Positions 24,301-39,300 of a DNA stretch of 64,000 bases are shown piece by piece; within the stretch, counting starts at the first letter, position 1, and the number at the start of each line of letters is the position of its first letter. The stretch is taken from NCBI GenBank assembly GCA_964247055.1, contig OZ176051.1, positions 4,526,001 through 4,590,000 of the forward strand, read 5' to 3'. Source of the stretch: Paragordius varius (lineage: Eukaryota > Animalia > Nematomorpha). Below the pieces are notes generated by a model. That model saw only the letters and a program-made list of their open reading frames with translations. It had not been told where the DNA came from and did no database searches. The position numbers and the translations under genes were made by a program.

Positions 24301-27300
24301 CACCCTATATCAAATAATGGTACATCTATTAGTACGCAGCCATCATCTATTAATACATATTTATCCCCTTTACTATTTGAAAATATTAATAATGATAATA
24401 ATAAAAAGAATGACTTGGAAAACATGGGAAATGGTGGTAAGAGAAATAAACGCAAAAGAAAAAAGAGAGATATACCATCAGGTAATTTTTTTAATTCGGA
24501 TTCAGAAAACTATGTTTTTTCGAATACACAGTAGTGAAGGGAAATATATTGGCTCAAATAATTTTTTATTGGTGCATAGAGAAATTTTTTCTGTATATAA
24601 TATTGATAGATTTTCACCAATTAGTAATTACCAAAAGTTTAACACTAATCTTTACAGTAAATTATTAAAATAAATATCAACTAATTTAAAATAAATCCTG
24701 ATGATATGATATATTATCGAAGCCATTTTAATATGTAATAATAAAAAATATCATCTTTTATTTAAATTACATAATATTAATTTTCAAGATTTACTAACTT
24801 TATTTAAAGTGATAATATAAAATTTAATGTTCATAAAACTTATATATATAGAAGAAAGTTTTGAAAGTAGCTATGATCATGCATACAACTCCTTTTTGCT
24901 AATTATGTCAAGGACAAGACCCGTATCCTTATTCTCGTTTGCTTTGCATATATCAAATATTTTTTTTTTCATTTTTTTTTTAATTTTTTTTTCATAAAAA
25001 CCGTATTTATCAGTTTTTTAAACAAAAATACCGGTATTACGATTTTAAACCGTATACTCACTCAAAATTATTATTTTTAATTTATAATATACAATATTTA
25101 TTTTACTTTAAATTTTTATGTATTTTAGGCCAGTGTTTTTTTATAATTTTTTATCAGAAGGTAGCGTTCAATAAATGTTTTAAAGTTTGTCGTACATTTT
25201 AAACTGACTGCTCAAAATACTATTGAACCGGACATATAACTTTTTAAATTTAAATCGACACATTATCAATACTGTATAAAAAAATCATAATCACCTAAAA
25301 ATCAAATTTATTTGATAATTAATAAAGTGTTTTTTTGACATAAAATTTAGAAGTTCAACTGATGATATGGATGAAACACTTTCACTTACCCGTTTCCCCA
25401 GATCGATTAATTTGAGAAAAAATGATATTAATAAAAATCACAAAGGCTCATCACAAAATGAAGATATAAATGCTGGCATATATGTGACTGATATAATAAC
25501 TAGCATAGAAAGCTGTAATTGTCCTTTGGTAGTTTCACCGAGCGATAAAACCCCAAGTAATTATTGTTTTGTGTCATATTGTAATTTACCGAAACTCCAT
25601 CAAAATCCATAGTATAAAACAGTAATCAAGTTAACGAAAATAAACAGAAAATAGAAATATATGCTTAAATGTTGCTATATGGTTATTTCGAATACTTAAG
25701 ATTGGTCTTACATTTAAAACATTGAAGTTACGGCAAATTTATTTAATTATGTTTTATTAACACTTACAACAAGCATAAAATGCTTATTATTTTATAGCCC
25801 ATTTTTACTCCAAACCACGTTAGAAAGTTTTTTTATTTAATTTACACATTCTGGTTTTAAAACCCAAATATTTCTACCTTTAAAACATGGAAATATATTT
25901 ATATCAATAAACTATATTTTTATATTGCTAACAAATGGATACATTTGTATTAATTTAATATTCAATTTTTATGACAATAGATGCATTGCAATTTTATTAT
26001 TTTTTTCATAATTAAAAAATATAAAAAGATGTAAATGGATATGATGGTCTGTCTTGTCAATCCTGTCACACAGGTTTTCGAAGAGTCAATAATATTGCGT
26101 ACAAAGGCCTTTGTGAACCATGTCATTGTAATGGATATGCAAAACACTGCGATAGTTTTACAGGAAAATGCCTGGTATGTGTATGCTCTTAATAATTTTA
26201 AAACAACTGTTAATTAAAAAAAATTTTAAATTAGAAATATGGAATTTAAGAAAGACAAAACACGTAAAAATTGAACATCGCAAACATATTTTGAGACCAT
26301 TTTTTTGATTATAACTTATCGTTTTGGGTGGTAAAATAAGGCATATAGACGTAAATTAGTACTACATTACTCTCTATATATTACAATTTTAATCATAAAA
26401 AGTAATATAGAAAATACCATTATAAAAGTATAACTGGGCTGTATTTATAAATAAGTATTTCTCTTTTAGTTTTAACGTTCGTTCTTATCATTCCAATATT
26501 TACTGAATATGTAATATGTTTTCTTTTTACCAGAGTTGTCAAGGTAACACGATTGGACCCAATTGTAATGAATGTAAATCAGGGTATTTTGCATTAAAGA
26601 CTTCATCGGAAGAATTTTTGTTGAATAAAACAACCAATGCAAATTACGTCCCTTTTATATGTTTACCTTGTGCATGTCCATTCTTTCCAACGCATTTAGC
26701 AAATAATGATATAGATATATCGCCAAATAAAAATATTTCTGTTTTCGTACCAAAATGTACAATAACTTACAACAGCAGTTCCCAATCAAAAACGATTCCA
26801 ACTTATTATCCACCTATAAGCGATGTTTTGAATGAAAAAGTGGTTTCATCGTATATGCAAAACTTAAATGACAAAGCTCTCCATATAAAATGTCATGCCT
26901 GTCCTCCTGGCCATACGGGTTCCCGTTGTGAAACGTAAAAATAAGAAGCTTTTTATTTGTTTTCATAAAATTTAGAAATAAAATAATTTTTTATTGGACC
27001 TTTTAAATACGATATTTGGCAAATTTATTAAAATAACTTATTAAATTGTTTCTGCTCACAAAAGGAAATATGATTAATTAAATAAATTTTACTTTTGACA
27101 ATTATTATCGCATTTAAAAACCAATTATATTGTGTGTGATTGAACTCTCTAATTTTTTTATGAAAATGAAGATTGATGTGATTTTAACACTTTATAAATA
27201 TGCATTTGTTAATCTTCTCCAAAAGATATTAAATCAGTAAAAAAATATTAATTATGAAATAATAGTTTTTAGACCACCCGTTTAAATTACAAGTCATTAT

Positions 27301-30300
27301 ATTATAGCTGTCAAGCGGGTTGGTTTGGAGAACCATTAACTACCAAAACATTTTGCCAACCATGTGAATGCAATGGCAATAATATGAATGAAAACTTTGT
27401 TACTAATAAAACTCACAAAACTTCACTTCCTTCCGATGATTTTAACCGTAAAATTATTTTGGAAAATAACGAAATTAAAGATATTAATAAGGATGATATT
27501 TGTGATTCTCGAACGGGTTTATGCTTAAAATGTGGGAAAAATACCCATGGACCACATTGTGACATTTGTTTAGATGGGTTTTATGGTTGGAAACGTGGTA
27601 CAGGGTGTACTGGTAAATTATATCTTATTTTTGTGAAATATTTTGTAATTTTTGCAAATTTATCATCATATACATATATATATATATATATTCGGTTTTA
27701 AACTTTTAATTATTTTATATAAATGTTACATTATAAATTTTAATTTTAATTGACATTCATAGATATTTGCAAATAATTTTGTGAAAATTAAAACCTTAAA
27801 CATTATTTCATATCTTATATACGATAATTTAGCTTGTAATTGCAGTCCTTATGGATCCACATCAAATATTTGTGACAAAATGACTGGCCAATGTCATTGT
27901 AAAACTCGGTATGGAGGCAAAAAATGTGATTTATGTCAAGTAAAAATACAGTTGTTATAAAGAGAAGCATAAATTATAAAATTCTTCTTTTTTTAATAAA
28001 GAAATACATTAATTTACACCTTGATTTTAATTAAAATAACTTATTGTTTAAGTTGCAAATTGTGGAAATTGAGTAAATTGGTATATTTCAGAATTGTAAC
28101 CATTTAATTGTGTAAAATAGTCATCAAAAAATATTAATTTCTTTATAAAAAAAGTGTTTTTTATAATTTTACTATGATTTTGCTTTTTATGTTACTTTCC
28201 AAAATATTTATTGGAATATTGATTTTATTTTTTTTATTCGCTTGTTAATTTTATTTTGTTTAATATATTAGGCAGGGTATGGTAATATTATGGAAGGCTG
28301 TAAACCATGTGAATGTGATCCTGTTGGCTCCTTAAACACCATTATACCTTACACATTTAACGGTAGGAAAACTATCATTTTTTAACTTTAGAACAATTAT
28401 TTTCAAATAAATAAGATGAATAAGGCTTGATATTTTGGTTTTTATTTACAGTTAAGTTGAAATGTTAAGGGGAAAAATATATGTAAAATATCAAAATTGT
28501 TAATCCACTACAAAAAATCAAATATTTATGATTTTTTCGCAGCCCATATTAGGGATGTGTAATTAAAGTTAAAATTCACCTTAAACCATATCTATAGATA
28601 AATATTAGTATGATTCTTAAAATATGACGGATTATGTTTAAAACCATATCTTATCTTATCTTAAACTTTACTTTAAATACAAATAACATTTATTTGCAGG
28701 TAATTCCAAACACGCAAACAACATTGAAACAAACAAAATTATTATAACGGCAAAGATGGCTAGTAGTAATTCTGTATCAAGGAGTGGTGAAAAATCCTTC
28801 ATAATTTGTTCACAATCAACTGGTCAATGTGCATGTAAACCAGGTGTTACAGGTAGGCATTGTAGTCAATGCATGCCAGGCTATTTTGGTTTTGGCTCTC
28901 AAGGATGCGAATGTAATTTTAGCATTATTATCATTTATTTTAATTGGATTAAATTTTATTTTGGTGAAAGTTTTAAAAAGTAATTTACGATAAATCAGAT
29001 TATATATGGAGCCATATTAATAGTTCAATAGGTAAGCCTGTTAATTGTCGGAAAGTAAAAAAACCTACATATTGAGAAGGAAATTGCTAAAATTGATAAT
29101 AACTTTCACGCCAACAAATATTTTTTATGCTCATATTAGGAATTTTTACCTAAAAATGTATGGCTCTTTACTGTGGTATAGTCGAAAAACTAGAGAAAAT
29201 ATTTTTATAAAAAAACTATTTTTATTTACTAATTTACAATTAATTTATGGTATATTTTTTGAAAAACTTTTTTTTTGCGCTTTTGCGGGTTCGAATATTG
29301 TGGCGTCAATATAAATCCAAAATTTTTATAGTTAAATGTGAAAAATATTTTTGATATATCTCTTTTTTTGAAGTCTCCTTCCAAGATTTTATTATGCACA
29401 AAATTATACAGTTTAAAATTGTTATATTTAATTTACAACAATATACTATCTAAATAAAATTATAACGTACCTACTAGATATTTCATTTTAAATTTTATTA
29501 TTTGCATATTTTAGTTTGTAACTGTTATCCCAAAGGAAGTAACGGAACGCAATGCCATATTTTAACGGGACAATGCTCTTGTTTACCGCATGTTACTGGT
29601 CGAAAGTGTGACACTTGTCAGGTGTTTATTTTTTAAAATTTAAAATTTATAACTTAATCAATTTATTTTATATAAAAGTTATTAATATTAATGCAGTTTA
29701 GTCAATTTTTATGTAAAACAAAGAGTCTGAACGTTATCGTTCTGATTATCTATTTTGTGATAATAGTTTTTGTAAATTCGTCATGTCCTATGATTAATCA
29801 TCAGACAATATTGATTTAAATGTTTTTTATTTTTTATTTTTCCAATATATTTTTGCCATTCACATGTGTAGAAAAACTTTTGGGGACTTGATTTATCATT
29901 GCAAACCGCTCATTATATGAAAGATATGCACCAAGACCAACACGATGGCCAAAATTCCCTGCAAAAGAATATAGGTAAAAAATTTATTTTTTATAATTTT
30001 TCGAAAATTACTTTGTTTTATATGCCACACATTTTTAATATCATTTTGTTCATGTTAACCTAATTAATGTAAATTTAACATTTTTGATAAAATATTATTT
30101 TTATATTCAAATCACGGTATTTAGGGAGTTTACATATACGTTCATTTGTAAATCTTATAGACCCATTTTCATAGCTACATTTAAATCAATCTTGATATAG
30201 AAACCCATATATTTCATACTTTTTAATACGTAATAATTCCTTAATATTTAGGATGTCGGCCCTGTGATTGCAATGCATTTGGTTCAAAAACATTACAATG

Positions 30301-33300
30301 TAGACAGGATTCGGGTAAATGCGTCTGCAAAACCAATATAATTGGTTCAAAATGTGAGGAATGCGCCCCCGGTTATTTTGGAAAATTACATGGAAATGCA
30401 ATTAGTGTTACGAGTAAGCTTTATTTGAAACAACAACTAAGTTTAAATTAGATACAGTACCCACCAATGTATTGTTGATTAGCCAAAATTGGCAATAGTG
30501 TATGAATAAAAAACAATAAAAGGAGAAAATTAAACAATATTTCTTTATTTTGTAGCATTAAATTTGATTATTTAATTTTGGACAAAATTTGATTTATATC
30601 ATACGTTACTGTATTGCCGATCGGCTAACTATAAAGTAGGTACTGAATATCAAGAATTGAAAGATTTTAATCTTCAAAAGTTTTGACACGCTGTGAAATC
30701 AAAATTTTAACTCTTTTATCACATGACTATTTTCATAAATTATTGGATTTAAAATTATATGGTTTTGAGAAAAAATGTTTTTCAAATATATAGTTTTATA
30801 TTTTTTTAATCATGACAAATATTATAATCTATTTTATGCATCCTCATTTAATGTTATAAAATTTTATTTGTTTTTTTAAGTTTATTTGGACATATTTTGT
30901 AAATTTATATTTATTTTTGTTGTAAATTGTAGAAAACATTTTTTTTATTCTACATCAAGGTAATTACATGTCAATGCATTTTAACATAAAACCGTACAAT
31001 ATGTCACCTAAGAGATCTCTTCAACCATCATCGATTGGGATTTGTCAAAAGTGCCCTAAATGCAAAAGCCGGTATTTTTCTTTTCTTTGAAATAAAATTA
31101 ACGTAGATCCTCATAAAGACTTAACACTTTATTAATTTTGGGGTAGTTTTGTGCCCCAGAGCCATTTTAACTTGCTATATTTTAAAAAGTATATTAATAT
31201 ATTTATATTAAGCTAAGTATTAAAATATAAATGCTTGAGCCTTAGGTTGCATAGTTTAAATAGTTTTTTTTTGAAAACGTAAAAATGTAAAAAAAATCTA
31301 ATCTCAAACTTTTTTCGCCATCATTTTCTTTCTTTAAATTTGTTTATATTGTTAATACAACAGGCATGATAATATATGTTATGATTAAAAATTATAATTA
31401 TATTATATAAGCTAAAATATTTTAGCAGACCATTTTTTGATACTGATAAAAAGGTCAGCTGTTTTAATCGGGTTTTAAAGCTATCCCAATTATACTTAAA
31501 AAATTGCTAAAAATACAAATTTTTATGAGAAGAACAATGTAATCAAAAAAATCTTTACATTAGTTTGTGTGCCAAATTAAGTTCTGAGGTAATAAACTAC
31601 CCCAAAAGGCAATCGTACAAACGTAATGAAGTGTTAATTGTAAGTAAATTTCAAGACTCATTATCCGTACATATAACATTCAAATAAAAAAATATTTCCC
31701 ATATATTTTTAAAGATATTATTTTGTTCCATTACTTTTCAAACTACTTAGACTAAAAATTGTGATCTTATGCGGAAATCGGGAAAATGGAAAATTAGTAG
31801 CATGAGTACATTAGTTTCTTAGCTCTGTTTTTCTTAATAAGGTTTATTATTATGGGGTGTGATCCTAATGTATTCCTTTAATAAATAAATACTATAAAAA
31901 ATAAGGGTTTATTCATCTTAAATATTTTATACAAAATTAAATTTTTTTAAATAAAATTTTTGTAAATAAATAGATTTCACATTTGTGATAAACAAACGGG
32001 TGAATGCAAATGTCCACCAAATACCATGGGTGACAAATGCGACAAATGTACTCCTTATACATGGGATTATGATGCTTTACGCGGATGCAAAGTTTAATCA
32101 AATTATTTTTTGTGTTATGTATATACTACCAAATTAGAAATGTAAAATATTTTTCATATTTAAGATATAGTTCAAAATTTATGCTCTTAAAAACAACTAT
32201 CAAAAAAATTTTAGTATAATTTTGAAAGATATATGTTTATACTGTTTTTGTGGATTGGATAAAAAGTAAAGTTATTTATTTGAAATTTATTTAATCAATT
32301 ACATTTTTGGGTGTTGTTTAAAATTTAGACAACATAAACATTTAGAATTAATAATTCCTAATTTAAATTTTTCATATCCTTATTAATTGTTCAAGACTCT
32401 CCACTTTTTTAATAAAGGATTTTTATTGGATTATAGATTATAAAGTTTCAACTAATTACATTTATACTTTTTTTTCAAAAAAGTTTATAAATTTAAATAA
32501 TGCTTAAATAAATATATTTTTTATATAGGACTGTAACTGTAATCCCATCGGTTCACTTTACCTAAATTGTTCTCACAATAAAGGGAAATGCGTTTGCCGG
32601 AATGGATATACTGGTCAACACTGTGATCAATGTAAAATGGGTTATTGGGACTTTCCGACATGCCGAAAATGCAGGTAAAATATATTAATTAGACTTATTT
32701 TTCTGTTTATTATAGAAAGGTTTGAATTAATTTTTGTTTTACAATTAGTATTATTATATTTTTTTATTTTATAAATAATTTATCAAACATATTTGACTTT
32801 TTTGGACTGATGTTTGTGTTAATCAATATCAAATTTTCCTGTTAGCACAGTAATAATAAAAAATATATATCATAAGTATTTTTATTTAAGTTTTTCTGGG
32901 TTCTGGCTTAACGTTAAACTAAAATATTTTTATAATAAAAGTTAAATAGTATAGAAATTTGTGGTTTAATATTTAACTAATTGAATTTTAATATTCGTTA
33001 AATTTAAACCACTCTCATTAAAAATGATAGTATCATTGTTTGAGAATATAAAACAAAAATTACCATATCACGGAGTTTAGATGTGAAACATCGGGAACCA
33101 TTGAATCTTCATGTTTTTGGCATCGTAATAGTGAAAAAGGCGAACTCGAAAAGTTATGCCAATGTTCTAACTCTGGACAATGTCAGTGTAAAGTAAGCTA
33201 GTTTTAAACTTAGTTATGCTCAAATTTTGCATATGTATTATTAAAGTCTATAGTAATGGATAAAATTATTGGCGCGCTGATTAAGTTATTTTCCTAATTT

Positions 33301-36300
33301 CGATCGAATAAAGTAGGTAGTCATTTTTTATAATCAAATGTAAGTTTTCTTTAAAATAAATAAATTGATTCTCATAAAACGAGTTTTGATTGGAAAAGCG
33401 ATGTTCAATTTTTTGTTTTCATATAACTAACCTCATTTTCAAACTACAGAAAAATGTGAAAGGCAAAGCTTGTAATCGATGTGTTACTGGTTCATTCGGA
33501 TTACATGGTCAAAATCCGCTCGGGTGTACTTCATGTTTTTGTTTTGGTCGTTCAAAATTCTGTGAGTTGGCTCCTTTTATTGTAACTCACCTGGGGTTAA
33601 ATTATTTACCTGGTGAACGGAGGACCTTCATATCAAACCATGATCGGATAAGTATAATTTTTGAAATGGATTCAAAATTACCCACTTTTAATCAAAGTAA
33701 CTGGGCTAAAGGATGGACGGATCCATCGGCGTTAACAAACTATATGATGTTTCAAAAAGCTCCGAAAATTGATACCACCTAGTATGTTGATCATAAAAAT
33801 ATTATAAATTATACAACAGTATATATTGAGTTTCGAAATTAAATATGTATATATAATAAATAATATATTAATATTTAGTTTAAATGTTTCACATAATGGG
33901 TCAATATCTCTAAACTTAAACATTAAAATCCTGGAATAGACGCACTCTTTAATTTTATCGTATTCTCAAGGCACAAGTTTATACTTGATAAATTTTACTT
34001 TTAAAGTGAAAAAAGTACTGTAACATCAATTAAATTATTATATTTCAAACCGTTTTTACAGTGAATCGAATAGAGTTAAACGTGCTTCCGCCAAAACAAA
34101 CATTGATTTGACCGAAATATTTAACAGTCGTATAAATCCGCAATTTATAACGAATGGATATGATGGAACACTCAAATCTAGTTTGCGTGATGAAATTTTT
34201 ACCGTTAATATTGATGAACACTTGCCCCCCTTAAACCCTAACAATCAAGAAAATCAAGGTACATACCAATTTTTTTCTGTATTTTATGTAATAGCTATTT
34301 CACTTGGTATTCTTACTTCTTCAAAAAAATACTTTTTACATCTAAAGCTATTTTTAAACCCATAATAAAGTGTTTTTGTTTTTGAAAGGGAAATTTATTT
34401 ATTTTTAATAAAAAAAAGATGTTTTCTATCAAATATAACTTTTTTAGGACACTCTCAAACTGATCTTTCCATTATAACACTTCGGACGCCAGTTGAAGGT
34501 CAAACTTTTTATTGGTCCCTTCCCGATATATTTCTCGGCGATAAAGTAATTAATTTAGTTTTTGATAAAGTGAAATAAATAGGAAGGAGTTTAAAATAAT
34601 ATATTTTTTTAATTTACTCTCTTTATATATGTATATAAAATTAATTTATTTGGAAAAATTTATAATGATTAGATTTTATCGTATGGAATGAATTTGAGTT
34701 TTGTCCTAAACTCTTATCCATACATGCCAGCATTGAATGATCCAACGTATCATAAAGAACCGCTTGTACAAATCAAAGGGGGAAATGGATTCATTACATT
34801 ACAATATTACCCATATTTACCTAAAAGTTCACAAAACAACAATAATAATTATAATTATTATCCAGAAAGTACACACACATGTTTTCTGTTTTTTATTTTT
34901 TGAAAATTTTTTAATTTGAGAGTTAGTTAAATGGTTTAAATCAAAGTATTTTACGAGTTATTAAGGGTTGATTTCCATAAAATAGCGGATTAACAAAATT
35001 ATCAAGGTCCTATCCATGTTTTTTAGAAAAAGCTTTAATTTTTCTCATTTGAAAAGTTTGTGGGTCAAAACTAAACATTCCGGAGTTTGGTGTAAATTTT
35101 GATTTTATTAAAATTTTTGCATTAAAATCATAATTATAACCTACTCAGAAGGTTCAACATATTTTTGTATTTATCAATTTAAGAATTCGATGTGAAATAT
35201 AAACTAATACCTATAAAAATATTCGCATTAAATTCAAATTTTTTATGCAGATGGTATCGTGGAAAATGATGCCTACCTTAAGCGATTAACTGATCTCATT
35301 CTTAATTACAATGAAGTGGGAGGAAACGGTCATACTACTGATCAATCTTCTTTCCATCAAAAGCCTCATTTTTCCATAAATAACTTGAATGATATGGATG
35401 AATATTTCAAGAATTTTATATTTCAACCATCAACCCTATTGGAATTACCAAGGTGGAGATTATTTTTTGCTTTCATATTTTTAAAAGTGCGTGAACATTA
35501 AAATCTCAAATTTATTTTTAAAACGAAAATTTAGAAATCGCAGAGACCTGGCTAAAAACACAAGCATGATTCAACAAATGAATGATAAAAATTTGAACTC
35601 TACCATAACCACCAATGAATTTGCTATGGTACAAAATGACGGTGTTAAGTTTATAGTACCTTTCCTACCCAGTTCTAATTGGATTTGGAGTCAGGTTGAA
35701 TTTTTTTTTCTTTTCTATTCATTTTTTCTCTAAAAATTCTAGAATAATTGTTGTGAAGTCAATCTTTTTAACTGTGCGGGTGGCAACGAAGGTTTTAATT
35801 GTTCTTAAATACGTTGTGAATAAGGATAAAAATAAATTTAGTAAAATCTTAAATCCTGGCATAAATCAAAGATAAAGTTTTTTTAATTTTCAGTTTAAAT
35901 TGTGAGTCCTAGTCAAATTTTATTCAATTTTTTTGTGGTGACACTTTTTTTGTAGGATCCCCATACCCCAGTAAGTCGAGAACTATTTATGCTTTGCCTT
36001 CAAAACGTGGAGGAAATGGCTATACGTGGCAATTTTCCTCCCTTAAAAACTGACCCAACCCAAGCCTTACATAATGTGGAACCATTAGAAACGGCCAGCA
36101 TTGCGCAAATACGCCTGGGTACTGCATACTTAGCCTCAGAGGAACACTCTAAAGAAATGATAAACGCTCAACAGGCAAATAGTTTTGGTATGATAATAAT
36201 TTTATGGCATAAATAAATTTTCTGATACACATACATGAGTTAAATTAGTTTGGAAAAGCGATATATACTTATATATATATATATATATATACATTCCATT

Positions 36301-39300
36301 TAACTAAACTTATATTATACCACTAAATATGGTATACTTTATACATATTTAATAAACCAATTTAAAATATTGGCCTACCAATAGCCGCTAAAAACCATTA
36401 TATCCATATTTTTTTTCTAATTTAATTACTCTTTCTATTTCAATTATTGATTCTCTAAATTTTTTTAATTATCCTTTCCTTTTTAGCCCATGAAAAATCA
36501 ATGTATACGGAATTGTGTCAATGTCAAAATTCATCGTATGTTGGGACTTCATGTCAAAATCCAGGAACTGGTTTTTACCGAAAATTTGTTTCGCCCAGAG
36601 ATAAAAAACATAACATACTTGAACGTGAAAGGGATGAATATCAACATTACTTTAATATCAATAATAATAATCCTTACGCTAACAATCATAACATAAACAG
36701 TTATCAAAATTCACCCACTGCAGATATTCGTATATTTATACATATTTGTTTTTATGGTTCTGAATGCGATTTTAGGCGAAGTCTTTATATAGTTTCTAAA
36801 TGCGAATAGGCAACATTAATGTTTAAAGACTTTTTGACATTTAACCCTAAATTAAAATGAGATACACTAATCGACTAATATTACAATTTTTGAAAATTAT
36901 GTAAAAATTTATATTCCGATTACATATTTTAGGACTAAGAACGATAAGTTATATTGAATTTCTTGGTGTAAAATATTAGGCTTATATATTTTATGTTTTC
37001 TTTTTAAAGTTAAGTCTTTTTGACCATTCCAACCGCTAAAAATGTGATTTTTTTATTGCTGATTAACTTTTGTTATTAATAATGGTGATTGTATTTAGCG
37101 AATGATTTAGAGCAAAGTTTTTCTTTCGGATCAAACGGGAATGTAGGACGTGTTAGTGATGTGAGTGATTATTGGATAGGAACTATCATTGGACATTCTC
37201 AGCCCTGTGAATGTAATGGATATAGTGCAGGTTTCCCTCCCCCCTCCCCTTCAAAACCTTTTTTTTGAGATATTTTTAAAGCCAAAATTTTATATAATTG
37301 TTGGTAAATGTATTAGGTAATTGTATTTTAACAGCTCAACTTCATAATTTTTCGCCTAAAATTATTCTAACTTTATAATACACATTTTTAAAAGACATGT
37401 ATTATTAAATTGAAATTTTTTTAATTAATATAATGTCATTTATGTAACCAATACAATTTTAATTAATGCACACACAGTAATATTCAATTTCCATTGTAGC
37501 ATGAAAGAAATATTGGGAATTTAATTATCCTTCCAACTAATGCATGCGCAGACAAATATGATCAAATATAACTTTTTAAATTGATATAAAGAGAGAAATT
37601 ATCATTAAAGATTATGTTTAAAAACACCCTAAAAATGTCAACAATAAAATTCGCTTTTTTTCTTATCTAGATGATAATTGCGACCCCGAAACTGGGATAT
37701 GTTATTCATGCTCAGATCATACTGCCGGAGCTCATTGTGAAACTTGTGCGCCCGGTTTTTATTTTGTGGCTCTTAGAAAAGGTAATTAACTCAATTTTTT
37801 GGATAAATTTTATTTATCAGATACAGTGGACCGCCCACTCTTTCAAAAATGGTTTAATATTTGTATTACATTCATTTTTTGAGAAAAAAATTTGAATTAT
37901 ATTGATGATTAGTTTTATTCAGGACTATTTTTTCAAAATGGGTTTTTTATTTTTTATTGTTTTTCGATCATTTTGAACGTTTCGAAGACCCACAACATAT
38001 AAATTTGTAAAGTATGCTTAACTCAATAGTATAACCTGAATGATAAACTATGCCTTTATTAAAAAATCGGAAAAATGCATATATAGTGTTGTCAAAAAAT
38101 GCATTTGATTTTGGAAATCAACTGTAAATAAATTTTTTTTTAAAAAACTGTAAAATCTCAATTATATTTTTTGACAGAGGATCGCATTAAAATGCCGAAT
38201 CAAAGGCGGCACAAATGCTTACCATGTGCTTGTCCAATGGCAATACCATCAAATAACTTTTCACCCACCTGTCGACAAAAGTATTAAAAAAATTAAACAA
38301 TTTTTTATTCATAAATATAATTAATTCAAATTATTTTATATAAATTATTCATTACATACTTTTTTTTAAAACGTAATATTCTATTGAAAAATTGTTTCCA
38401 CTCTAGATATTCAGATGCGGAAACAAATCATATTCTTAGCACTTCTTTTCCCGATCAAGCTCTTAATCAAGATAACCTAATATGTGATGCTTGTCAGATT
38501 GGGTACACTGGCGATAAATGTCAATTTTGTTCCCCTGGGTTGGTATTATCGATATATTGACAACAAATTATTTTTAATATAGAATGAAATGAATTTTTCA
38601 ATTTTTTTGGAAAACTTTTAAAATAAACTGATTTGGAGTTAAATTTCAATAATTTTTTTTTCTAGATATTATGGGAATCCTAACCTAATTGGTGGCCAAT
38701 GTAAACCGTGTGATTGCTTTCTCATTGGTTCAGTCAATAATCTTTGTAATAATGAAACAGGTCTTTATTTTACCACTTTTTTATAATTATCTCTAAAATT
38801 AAAAATTGATATTAAGAAATTCCTGAGCATCTATATTACAAATGCAAATGTATATTATGAAAAGTGATACAATTCAATAGAGAATTATTTTAGTTTAATA
38901 ACAATTAACTATTCGATATCATTCAAAAATTTCATGATAGGCATTACATATTTTTATTTCGCAATCGCAATCATAAATACCTTATCGCATAACCGTTCAG
39001 GCCCAATCATATTATTAGATTTAAATTGTAAATTATAATTATCATCAAATAAGTCAAAATTATATAATCTAAAAGTTATACATTTTTTAAATGGATTGAT
39101 AACTTGTGTGTAGATGAATATATTAATTAAAATAAGATATATCGGATTTTAAGGAATTATGATTTGAAATACTTTATTTGAAAAAATTATATATTTATAC
39201 GAGTTATTGATCAATTTTATATAAAACTTTAAACTTGTCTTAAAAATTTCCAATATTTTTTACCTTTATATTTATTATATAGGAGCGTGTACCTGTTTAT

